Source: Octopus vulgaris (lineage: Eukaryota). From it: a stretch of DNA of 64,000 nucleotides. The translations under genes and the position numbers were made by a program. The stretch is taken from NCBI GenBank assembly GCA_951406725.2, contig OX597815.1:173414001-173478000 (forward strand), read 5' to 3'. The notes beneath the pieces are model-generated. The model saw nothing but the letters and a program-made list of their open reading frames with translations, did not search any database and was not told where the DNA came from. Shown here piece by piece: positions 52,942-64,000 of the stretch. Position 1 is the first letter of the stretch; every line of letters starts with the position of its first letter.

Positions 52942-54436
52942 TTAAACAAATAAAGAATCTTGAATCATATTGAGTATACAATTCTAAGGGATTATAATGT
53001 TCCCATTTAACTCTACATTAACCCTGATCAAGGAAACATCTAGTTAAAAGCATTTCATCCACCAATAACCTGCTTTATCTTCAGAGTATATCTAGGATCA
53101 CACTATCTAACATGTCTTTACTTTTTTCAGATAAAATGTAATTTGACAGAAATATAGCTGTTATTTCTTGCTGGTTGAGTGACCACATAAAGGTTTCCAA
53201 GCTGGCTTATAGAAATAATAGCTGAAGAGTGGCTGAAAAGATAAGAAGTTCAACGACTGATCTCAAGGTAAAATCCAAAATTTAGTATAACTATTGTGAT
53301 ATGTCCTTAGGCAAAGCACACAACTTTTTCTTTTTACTCAGCAGACAAATCATTAACAAGAAGAGTAAAATTCAATCATAATTAAAAAAAACCCCCAGAA
53401 AATTAATATATTTACTCAAGTGTTCAGGTCCTGTCAATATACCAATTACCATAACTATTCAGCTGTCAATCTAATTGCTACAACTGCAAGCATATGCCCT
53501 AGTTCACAAAATTAAAAAGTGTTCTAGGTATATTAGCTAGGAAACACAAAAATGCAAAATGTAGTTGCTCACTAAATTTTTAGATCTGGCAGTTTAATAA
53601 TAATAATATAGTTTTAAACTGATACAAAGAGTTATGTGAATGAACAATTAACATCATTTGTGTTTGCAAAAATGTATGAAATGTAGAGATCTCATATTGG
53701 ATATTAAAATATAAACATTGAAAGAAATGTAGTTACTTCCCTCAGTTTAAACTTCACACTAACTTCAGAAGAAATTAATTACTGAGAATCTCATTGAAAA
53801 CAAATTTTGTAATTTTGTGATAAATACGAAATACAATAATAGAAAATCTTTAATTTATTTGAAAACACTTCTTAAATATTTTATGATATTCATCAAATAA
53901 AATTATTAGTATAAACAAAACATTTAGATAAAAGATATAAAATATAATAATGTCTGGTATACTATAAAGGTATTCTGAATGTTATGATTTTTTTTCTTTT
54001 GTTTTATAACTGATGTGAGTTAAACTTGTTATGTCATATTTTATGAGAAACATCTTCACAAATTAAATACTTTAAAACTCTTAATAGATTGTGACTATTT
54101 AAGTAGACTTAAAAATAAATATTTTCAATTATTTTCTTGATTCAAAAAAGAGACTGTTCACTCAAGACAAACGTATCTACATGTATGGATGAGTGATTGA
54201 GAGAGAGAGAGAGAGAGAAACAGAATGAACTATCAAATTATGTCCTCCAATATCTTTTTGACTACTATTTTGATGGCCTGTCTCTCAAAATGTGTCCTCC
54301 TACCCTTGATGCCCCTTTTATATCTTATCTACTTTACTAAACCTCCACAAGTATCACACAGCTCAATTGATAAGCCCTAGATCTGTATTCCTGGATCTCC
54401 TTTCTGGTCACTATTTCTCTTCCAAGTACTAATATA

Positions 54437-54655
54437 TTTCTTTACTTCCCACAAGGGACTAAACATAGAGGGGACAAACAAGGACAGACAAAGGGATTAA
54501 GTCGATTACATTGACCCCAGTGCGAAACGGGTACTTTATTTATCGACCCCGAAAGGATGAAAGGCAAAGTTGACCTCGGCAGAATTTGAACTCAGAACGT
54601 AACGACAGACGAAATACCGCTAAGCATTTCGCCCAGTGCGCTAACGTTTCTGCCA
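54437..54655 (-). mobile_element. SINE family 1 copy (young, CpG-retaining)
   Basis: Near full-length match to 9339-9565. Confidence 0.9.
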
Positions 54656-55568
54656 AAAGTTCAAACTGAACATACTCCTATTAACCTAATATCTATCAGT
54701 AGCCTGAAATAGCAATGGATCTCCTTTCTTTCCTAAGTCTTAAAAACATAAAGCAAAATTATAGTTACAGACAAAATTTCTTGTAATAAAATACAGCATC
54801 GAGTTAGAATTCAATAATAGCAGATTGGTCTATAAGTAAGAAAGTATGATTCAATAAAGATTAAATAGGTAGAAATATTTTTTCTAACAACCACATTTTT
54901 GTCAGAATCAATATTTAAAACACCTATCCTATAATGTTCTTTCAGTTATGAGACATTTTAAACAGATAAAAAGCAAAGGTAAGTAAAAATCAAATTCATT
55001 GTTGATCTCAGTCAATGAATTTGATTTTTGTTTTGTAACTTCAAAATCAATAATTTGTATATTGTTAACAATTCTAAGTGTGGTAAAAAGGAAAAAAACA
55101 AAGAAAAGAAAGAAAAAATAGATAAATAAGTTACAAATATTTCTGAACCAAAAAATGAAAACAATCAATGAGATATGAGATTTTGAGCACAAAATTCAAT
55201 CATACTTAAAACAAATAATTTCAACATATTCACTCAAATGATAAGGCCCTATAACCGAAACAGTTTAAATGAAGCAAAAGCTGTTTATCAATGACTTCTT
55301 TTACAGCATGCACTTAATGCTTGAAGATAATTAATGGCAACAATTTCTTGGTTCTAGATCTAATATTTTCTCTCTAAATTAAAGGGTTATTATTATATAG
55401 CTATATAAATTAATATAGACTGAATATATAAAAAAAAAAATACTGAACAATATAGCATTTGCACATGTTTTCTAGTCATACTTTATCCATCTAAACAAAT
55501 ATAACTAAAAATAGTCACCAAAATAGATGTAATTTACAGAAGAGGCTCATTTAGATTTTATCATTTAA

Positions 55569-55777
55569 CCCTTCTGTTACTAATCTGGCAGAAACTGGCT
55601 CTGAGTACAAATGTACTCATAAGTTTTGAATTAAAATCTTCCACCAAACATTAGTCACAATTTATGTTCCTAACACTAGCTGAATGATAACTAAGTTATT
55701 TTACTAAATTCTTAGTTATATTTAAAGTAATCGAAAGAAACAGAGAGCATCTCAAAATAAATACAGTAACAAAAAGG
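55569..55777. mobile_element. piggyBac-type MITE (subfamily A), inverted relative to 51153
   Basis: TTAA|CCCTTCTGTTAC...GTAACAAAAAGG|TTAA. The interior is the reverse complement of the 51153 copy. Confidence 0.8.
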
Positions 55778-56825
55778 TTAAAGGTCTAAGGTCTACGTTT
55801 TAGAATTGTGTGCATAATTCCTTTTTAAATCTTAACAGTAATAATAAATTCTAGAATCCTTTTGAAGCATTCAAAAATGATCAGCTCCCAATCCCACCAT
55901 TACAAAAACAAGGCAGCTGTTAATTCATTATTCAATAATTCTTATAACAAAAAAGTAGTACAAAGAACCAGTTATCAAATCAGAGATGAAATCAAAAGTA
56001 TGATTATGGCTTTCAGAAAATTGGGAAAATCAATTAGAAATAGAGAAATGCCAAAGTAACACCAAGATTTCTTAAATACTCAGGAGAAAAGGAACAATTC
56101 ATTATGAAAGAAGAAAACAAACATGAAAAAGATAGCCTAAAGAATTTTGATGTATCTGATAAAATAAAAAAAAAGAGATGTCAGTATTTGTTTAGAGCCA
56201 ATTAATTGATTAACTATTACAATACAACATAAACTATTTGACATCAAAAGATAAATAGAAAAGACTGCACTGAAATAAGACAATTGACTGGAACAAGGCT
56301 ACATGGTCAGATGAACCTAAATTTGAATTGTCTTCTGAGGAGTGCAAAAATGTTCTTAATTTAAATTTATAGAGTTGTTTTTTTATTTCAATGATTTTAA
56401 TGCATACTATTAAATTATTGAATAAACTTTAAATTCTTTAAGCACATTACATTATGCAATAATTTGCTGAAATTGTCAGTAAATAAGACTAATAAAGTTT
56501 AGTGAGATAATCCTCTATCTTATATATCAAAGGAAGTAAAAAGTTACTTCAACAAAATCATCATCAAATTATTGTGAACCAAATCTCATTCAGAATATTT
56601 AAAGCCACTTTAAATGGCTAATAATAAAAAGAAACCACAAAATTAACATCAACCAATGAACAGTTTGAATAAAATATGAAATGACTGGTTTCTAGAAACC
56701 AGTAAATTTTTCCCTCAAAATATCCAATACATAAATGCTTGCATTTCATTTTCTTAAATTTAAGAGGTTCCATCACTAATTAATTATGACTAGTTTTATT
56801 TTTCACTCACTCGGAAATACTTTCT

Positions 56826-58137
56826 TTCTGTACATTTGTGCTCATATGTATGAGATGAATGAGCCAATTGTATTCAGGAGCTCATTTTCTGAAGAGTAGT
56901 TTTATAAATATATTCTTATTAATATTTATACAAAAGACATTGTTGTTATTTGCAATTTACATTTTATAAATTTATATGTAAACATGTACACACACATCTA
57001 TGTGCATGGCTGATGCAAAAGGACACAAAAAGCAATTAAAGAAATATCCTAAATAAATCCATACTTAATTATCTTTAATTAATGACCCCATCGCCAAAAA
57101 AGAGGAATTATTAGAAAGGATGTTTTGCAATTAAGAGGTAATCAGAAAGTAGAAAATATGACACCAGAAAACTAGAGGTCTTTAAATCAACACAAAAATA
57201 ATTTGATATTAAACCAAAATTAAAACTAATGACTCACAAGTCACCATTATGAATGGAGAGGTTATTGCAAACACACCAAAACATTGTGGTAATTACAAAA
57301 CCAAACTAGGTGTGTATATATGTGCATAACATGAGATACTAATGTACCTACAATCAGTCTCAACCATACATTACATTTATGACAGAAACAAACAGGTTCT
57401 CTGGGTAATCAAAGCATGTAAATTTAAGCAAAACTATGTAGAACCACAATGTAAATTAAGATCTACCGACGAATAACTGAAATGTAGGTCACAAATTGAA
57501 AGCAAAAGGAGATCATCTAAATTCTTTTCTACTCAAGGCCCAAAATTTTTGGGGAGGGGGCAGTCAATTAGATCGACCCCAGTATGCAACTGGTACTTAA
57601 TTTATTGACCCTGAAAGGATGAAAGGCAAAGTAGACCTCAGTGGAATTTGAACTCAGAATGTAAAGACAGACGAAATATCACTAAGCCTTTTGCCAGGCG
57701 TGCTAACGTTTCTGCCTGCTCTCCATCTTGGAGATTATCTAAATTGGCTCCACAATGTAAATGGGAATTGGAAACCTCAGTATATTTATTTAACCTCAAA
57801 AAGACAATGAGCAAAGTGCTGAGACTGGACAAAGGCAACATGGAATCATCATGCACATGTATTTCAATGTCAGTAAAATGCAACAAACATTGCTCTCAAG
57901 TTATTCAGTGTGAAGAACCCAAGTCTTGTATTTTTTTATGTGGTTTAGCCTCAGAGGAAGAAATATAGAATCATAACATTTGCCAAACCTCTCAAGAACC
58001 TATAGACAATACAGAAGGAAGCAAGGAAGAACCCATAGACAAGGTTCTGTACATTTGTGCTCATATGTATGAGATGAATGAGCCAATTGTATTCAGGAGC
58101 TCATTTTCTGTTTTAGTCTGAAGAGTAGTTTCATAAA
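56826..58137. repeat. ~83-bp direct repeat pair (56826-56908 and 58045-58137)
   Basis: ttctgtacatttgtgctcatatgtatgagatgaatgagccaattgtattcaggagctcattttctg is identical in both. The second copy has an extra 10 nt (ttttagtctg). Confidence 0.9.
57522..57718 (-). mobile_element. SINE family 1 variant with a different 3' tail
   Basis: Shares the head and core (aaaggatgaaaggcaaagt...gaatttgaactcagaa) but the tail reads ggcccaaaatttttggggaggggg. Confidence 0.8.
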
Positions 58138-59384
58138 ACGCTGACTTTAGAGGAGTAGTGGTACTGTTGCACTTTTTGCCCTGCTATTCATAAGGTATGG
58201 GAGAGCAAAATAATACTTATTTAAGCAAGGAATCAAGTTATCTTCAAACTGGAGACCTGATGTGAATGCTGGCAACAGAGAGGACTTCAATCTCTCAAGG
58301 AACCCAAAAGCAAGATGGTAGTATTAAACTGAGTGAGGTATTAGGTTTACCACCGAAGAATAAGATACTATCCAATGGGTGGCCATATTCTTTCGATTTC
58401 ACAAAATTTGGATCACATCTGAAGCTTACAGTAAGAGAAATTTACCTCAGGTGTAGTGCTATACAGGGGAACTGAATTCTGAACCATATGAATGTGAAGT
58501 GATATGAACCTAACAACATGGCCATGCCTGCAACCACAATCATAATAACAATTTAGTTGTTATTGTAGCCGAGAAAAGTATTAACTGACCTTTTTTCTTC
58601 TAAAGGAAAGAAAATTGCATGAGATGACACTTGGCAGTCAATTCTTAAATTATATGGAATGATGATGCAAATAAAAGAAATTACACAACTGTTTCTCATG
58701 AATAAAAACATTTACAATCTAGGTGAAAATGAGTAGTGTCTCCCTTTTAACACTGGAGCAAAAACCTTCTTGCCAGAATCACATAATTGTTTCCAAAATG
58801 TCACACTGATGGTTGAGATGGCATGATAATTACTCTACGGAAATGCTTGAGAGACAAGAAACTATAATTTGTCAATTAAACTGAACTTAATGACATTAAA
58901 ATCTAGGGTTATTATTCCTTTTCTGTTATTGGAGTCTCTCTAAAACTCCAAGGTGTACCTCTAATAACAGCTTCTATATATATTCATTCAGCTGCCGTGT
59001 TAAAGATTATAAATGGTTCTAACATGGATAGGTGGAGCCAGAAGGATGTTGTTAAAATAGCATGATGAGAAGAAGGTTTACCTGGTTATTACTTTCTGAA
59101 ATAAATGATCTGTGTCTAAATGATAGCATGTTTATATATAATAATTTAATGCAAAACATGTGTAGACATACATTAGAAGCAGGCATTAAATGTGTAGCCT
59201 GCATATTTTGGAGAAGCAGCTCCATGATATATCATATCTCAGCAAAATGAACAAAACCTTTTGAAGGATTAGTAATGAACAGTTCCTAAGGTATAAATAA
59301 GTATTATTTTACTCTCTCATACCTTATGAATAGCAGGGCAAAAAGTGCAACGGTATCACTACTCCTCCAAAGTCAACGTTTTAT
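58133..59384. repeat. 91-bp inverted repeat pair (58133-58223 and 59294-59384)
   Basis: Manual alignment gives 85/91 identity, and all six mismatches are transitions. Confidence 0.9.
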
Positions 59385-62300
59385 ACTGATTCCTAATTTA
59401 TCAACTAGTATTGCCTTTATAGTGAGGTTTCAAAGCTATATATTTTAAGTATCTTGGAAAGGAGTTTACAGTTCATTCAAGCAAACTTAGAAAAACTCTC
59501 TACAGGAATTTTTGCTTGCCAAAAACATTTCTACAAGATACATGCAGCTACATACTAAGACACTGAAAACACATATGAAGGAATGAAAATGTATACTCAA
59601 CATCTTGACTAAATGTGTGAATGCTGTCTGCAAGACTGCACAGAATTTACAGGGGTAAGTAGTATGTCTAAGTTTATTCAAGAGCTATTTAAATGAAGCA
59701 TAAAGTGCTACATCCAGCATCATTTGCCCTTTCATAAAAAAGAAAGAAAAAGAAACATTTTCTTTGCTGTGCTAGTCAACATATTCTAAACTAGCAATGG
59801 CACATTCCAAAATAGCAATGTAGTTGAAATCAACATTCTTCACCAAATGTACCTTTAACCAAGAAGTAGAAAACATTTAAATTTCATTAAATGTAGAAAG
59901 TTGTTTCTTCCTTTAAGCCAACTCCTTAATACTGGGCACCTTCATTACTGAACATAAAGAATCAAAATCTTTAAACTCTAAACCTACAAATGACCTAAAA
60001 TAGGAATAAATTAAATGTAGGAGCGAAACTGAAAGCAAACAATAATTTGTTAAATCTTTTAATCCAAGAAACCAGTCAAGTGTATCTATTAGAGTACTGA
60101 AGGCTAATATTCTTCTCACTTTTGTGTCATCCACAGAAATATAATAACATCAAGTTTACCAGCACTTCTTGTTTATAAAAGCTAACAGGTGTTCAAGAAA
60201 TTTAAGTCCTGCAAAGTACACAAAATATCCTTCCTCAACAATCTGACTTCAACCCAAAATAAAGCAGACAGACAGCATATTTTAATCTCCTCCAAAGACC
60301 AATAAAGTCAACTATATATATATATATAAGCTGTGCTCAAATTGGCAGAATACAGAATTTTAAGAAAAAATAAAGGTAGACTAGTAATGGGGTTTCCTTA
60401 TAGACAGTAGAAGTATTATCTACACAATTACTAAAACAGAGCAAATGAAATAAAAGTTGAACATAATTTTATAAAATACACAGATACAAAGTAAAAAAAA
60501 GTAAACCTTATCTGAAATAACAAACTGAGTTTTACATACTGAATGAAAAACAGATTTTCAGTATAAAAATAGCAAGTTCAAGCAACACATTTTTGTGAGC
60601 TTAATATGCTACTGATAATTCAACATTATATGAGGTTGTCCTGATGTTTTCAACTCATCTTCCCTCTGGGTACAACACAAAGAAAATAGCGACAGTTCTG
60701 CTCATCTCTAGTTATTAACAAGCAAAAACTGAGGTTGATACAATCTATGTATAACTCTAATAAACAGTTAAGTGATAATACATTTGCAATAAATAGCATA
60801 CAATATTTTAAAATAATTACTTCATGATTTTATTGGTATTTAACATGTATCTAATGTATTATATATCTACCCCTGGCATTAAAAGATGATAGTAAGACAT
60901 GTAACTGTATAGGGTGAATTCCTTGATCCTGTTTTGACATTACTACTTGTTCTATTCTATCCAACTACATTTGTTAATTAACAGTGGTGGATAGGCTGAT
61001 AGAAAAGTTGTACAACAAAGATTAAATTTTTAGCATTCAAACTTGGTCATAATCAACTACTATGAAAACAAGGATTTTGGTGTAAAATAACCAACCATGA
61101 TGGGATGTTATACTTGAAAGCTAGAATACCTTCAGCAATTTATTCAGTAAAATCATATTTTTTAAAAGTTTATATTTTTCATGGATTAATGTAACTAACA
61201 CCATACTTATGGGCTAACAACATTTTTAAGCAAAAAACTACAAGATCAACAAGATATGAATTTTAAGTTTTTACTCGGGAATTACATCTGACTTACATAT
61301 TCAAAATGCTATGAACATAACTTTTATGTTATAGTCCCTACCAATTAATTAGCATTTATAACTTTTACATTTAATATGAAAGAAAACTAGCAATGATCAA
61401 GCAGATCTTGACATTATCATACATCATGGTTATAATTATAAAAGTACATTAACATTATGTAGCAGTATAAAATAATGAAATACACTGAAATCTTCCAAGA
61501 AAAGAAAGAGAAAAGCAACAAAAAAGTAAACTGACCAGACAAAAAGAAAAAACAAAGACAAAAACAAATGAGCTGAATGTGGAAATTAAGACTTCTATGT
61601 ATGTATAAAAATACAAGAAAATTCATATAATAACAGATCCACAAGGCCAAGAGGAACATAAAATTGACATCAATATATAAACTGATGCTGAAGTTCAGGA
61701 GTTAAAGCCTTTGTAGGATTTAAAGTCAATGAGACATTGAACTAGATCACACACATCAAGTGAAACTCTCTACTGATTATAACTATTAAACATCACATTA
61801 GCTTAACTGAGTTAATGTGATATATAATACAAGAACTTTTAAACTTATTTTATTATTTTTAAGTATACAATATTCAAAACATTTTGATTGTATATTTCAA
61901 TATTTGGCAAGTGCATATGGGTAGTGAGTCACAGAACAACTGTGGAGTTGACTGTCTTTACCATTCATCCTTCCACATGTGATTAGATAGATGCATACAA
62001 GTCATACACTGAAAAGCATACAGAAGCTGATGAAGCTGACATTGAAGTCACAGAAAAGGCAAATGAAAACAGGAGAGATGAAAGAGTTATGTTGAGTGTA
62101 GAAAGAGGGAAGGAAATTGTAAGTATTATGGGAGATGAGGTAAGTAGTAGTGTAGGAGGTGGTTAAGAGATGATGTGAGTAGTGTGGGAAACAGGTGATG
62201 TGGGAGGAAGTGAAGTAGAAGGAAGAGTAGTAAAAACTTGAAGCAAAACTTTGCAGGTCATTTGAAATGAGGAAGGAGGTGAACTGTCACAGATCAAGTG

Positions 62301-62775
62301 AACTGAGGAATTAGAAAGAAAGCAAGACAGAGTGGGGAGGGTTGAACAAAAGAAAAAAACTTTGATATTCACAAAACAGTGGAGATGGGGGAAGAGGGGC
62401 AAAGGGGAAGTTTGAGAAATGGTAAGAATTGAAAAACAAAAATGTCTAGAGAAAGGAAGGCAGGCAGAAAAGTAATATTGGTTTATGATGGTGGGGAAGT
62501 GTGGTGAGAAGTGTGCAGGAGGTTGAAATAATGAAAATAGAACCATGAACATGTGCACAAACTGAAAGAAAAAAAAAAGAACTACATTTTTATCAGTATA
62601 TTGTATACAGTCAATACATAGCAAATATGTACAGTGAATGTACAAACAGTATGGAATGTATGAATAGAGCAGTATGTATACATATATTAACACACACAAA
62701 TATATACTAACACAAGAAAATTTAGGCCAAATAAGAGAAGAGTAGTACGCTGTTAATAAGAACTGCATCTATGAT

Positions 62776-62936
62776 ACAGTATGTACAGCTAGAGTGTGTA
62801 CTGCCCAGGGTGGCCCTTCAGTTTGCTGCATCTGGGCCCCCACAAAAGATACATATTGCCTACAGCAGACCCAAAAGTGCTGCCCCCCTCTAGCTATGGT
62901 GGACCACTCCATCTTCCCCCTCTAGCTAAGCTAGTG
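62776..62936. mobile_element. Possible hAT-like MITE remnant
   Basis: GC-rich island with imperfect termini cagt...agctagag / ctctagctaagctagtg. Confidence 0.3.
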
Positions 62937-64000
62937 ATTATGTATAGTGTATGCAAAAACACCATCCAACAATTATGATCTAGTAGCCTATGTATTTACA
63001 GGATGTATAGACACAGTGAATTAGAACACAATATACACAAACACAGGCCATAAGCCAATGTAAACAATTACAGGGTGAAGGGACTGACAGTAAGGGGAAT
63101 AATCAGGTGAGACGAGAATATATTATGGTCATGTAGAGCAGAAGTATCTAGATAAAGACATTGCTTTTGGTGATTGTGTAGGTCGCTTTTGAACCACTGT
63201 ATTGGACAACCCAAACTGGCTGCTCCAACATCTTTGCTTTGTAACTTCTACTTCCTGCCACCCATCCTTACTACTGCCCTTCAGTTTTCAGAGCCCTCAC
63301 TCCTATGCTTCAAAAAGGAAAAATATGTATATGACCTACTCCAGGGGCTCTCAAAAATTTTCTAGCCTATTTATCAGAAGTGAGGTCAACCAAGTTAAAG
63401 CACTCTGCTATAGGTTTTGCAAACTCCTTAAGCATCATTATAAATATTTTTATGAAACATGGCTCCCAAAAGTCAACTTGTTTTGCCCAAGAACAGAGTA
63501 AAACATTTCTTACAAGCTATGAAAATGTTAAAGAACCAAGCATCACTTAAAAATAACTAATAATGATTTATATGTAAAAAAATAATATATATAAAATATA
63601 TTGATACTAATGCAATGGCAATAATTCCATAGTTAGCATTTCACTCCAGAGCATGCAAATTATGCTGTATATTAAAGTTAGGTGAGATGCAGTCAAAGTG
63701 GCAGTTCATACTGACTCTAGGTTTGGGGCCAACGAGACAAGTTATATGAGAATTGAAGGGACAAGTCAGTCAATGAAGTCAAATAGATGAAAGTGTAAGG
63801 TTGGATGTGAGAGTAGGGGTATTACTGACTAGAATAGGGGTTATCAGACAAAGGTCAATGTAACTACAGCCAAGTCGTAGAGCTGAATGTGAAGGGCAAG
63901 GAAATTTGGACTGTGAGAGGATATGTGCATGGCATGATTGAAACAGTATAGCTGTTGAACTAGGCTCAATACATGTGGAATCAATAAAGCATGGGAAGTT

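Noticed and set aside
62163-62768. 201-aa minus-strand ORF, and similar ORFs at 31932-32571
   Set aside because: Translations of pyrimidine-rich low-complexity strands (F/S/L/P-biased) with no coding signature.

Overview
AT-rich, microsatellite- and retroelement-dense animal genomic DNA, most likely a coleoid cephalopod such as Octopus (inferred from the tRNA-derived SINE types and extreme (TA)n load). The whole window lies inside one minus-strand gene, dystrophin. Ten short GT-AG exons between 49716 and 8577 splice with consistent phases into a continuous spectrin-repeat rod. It aligns by eye to human DMD exons 43-53 (about R16-R21 and hinge 3), and four exon lengths equal the human ones (173, 176, 150, 118 nt). 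The gene continues past both ends of the window. Most other ORFs in the track are microsatellite or LINE-debris artefacts. The introns carry decayed RTE, CR1-group and I/Jockey-like LINEs, two SINE families, piggyBac- and mariner-type MITEs, Helitron-like elements and a Penelope-like fragment. The most interesting signal is an apparent extra layer of isoforms. The 23-kb intron holds a strong candidate alternative first (or cassette) exon at 42068-42211 with a clustered E-box module and a second short candidate first exon at 39080-39105. A diverged duplicate exon at 14866-15040 looks mutually exclusive with the exon at 12212-12428. A composite direct plus inverted duplication at 56826-59384 is also notable. 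All alternative-exon calls are inferences that need RNA evidence.
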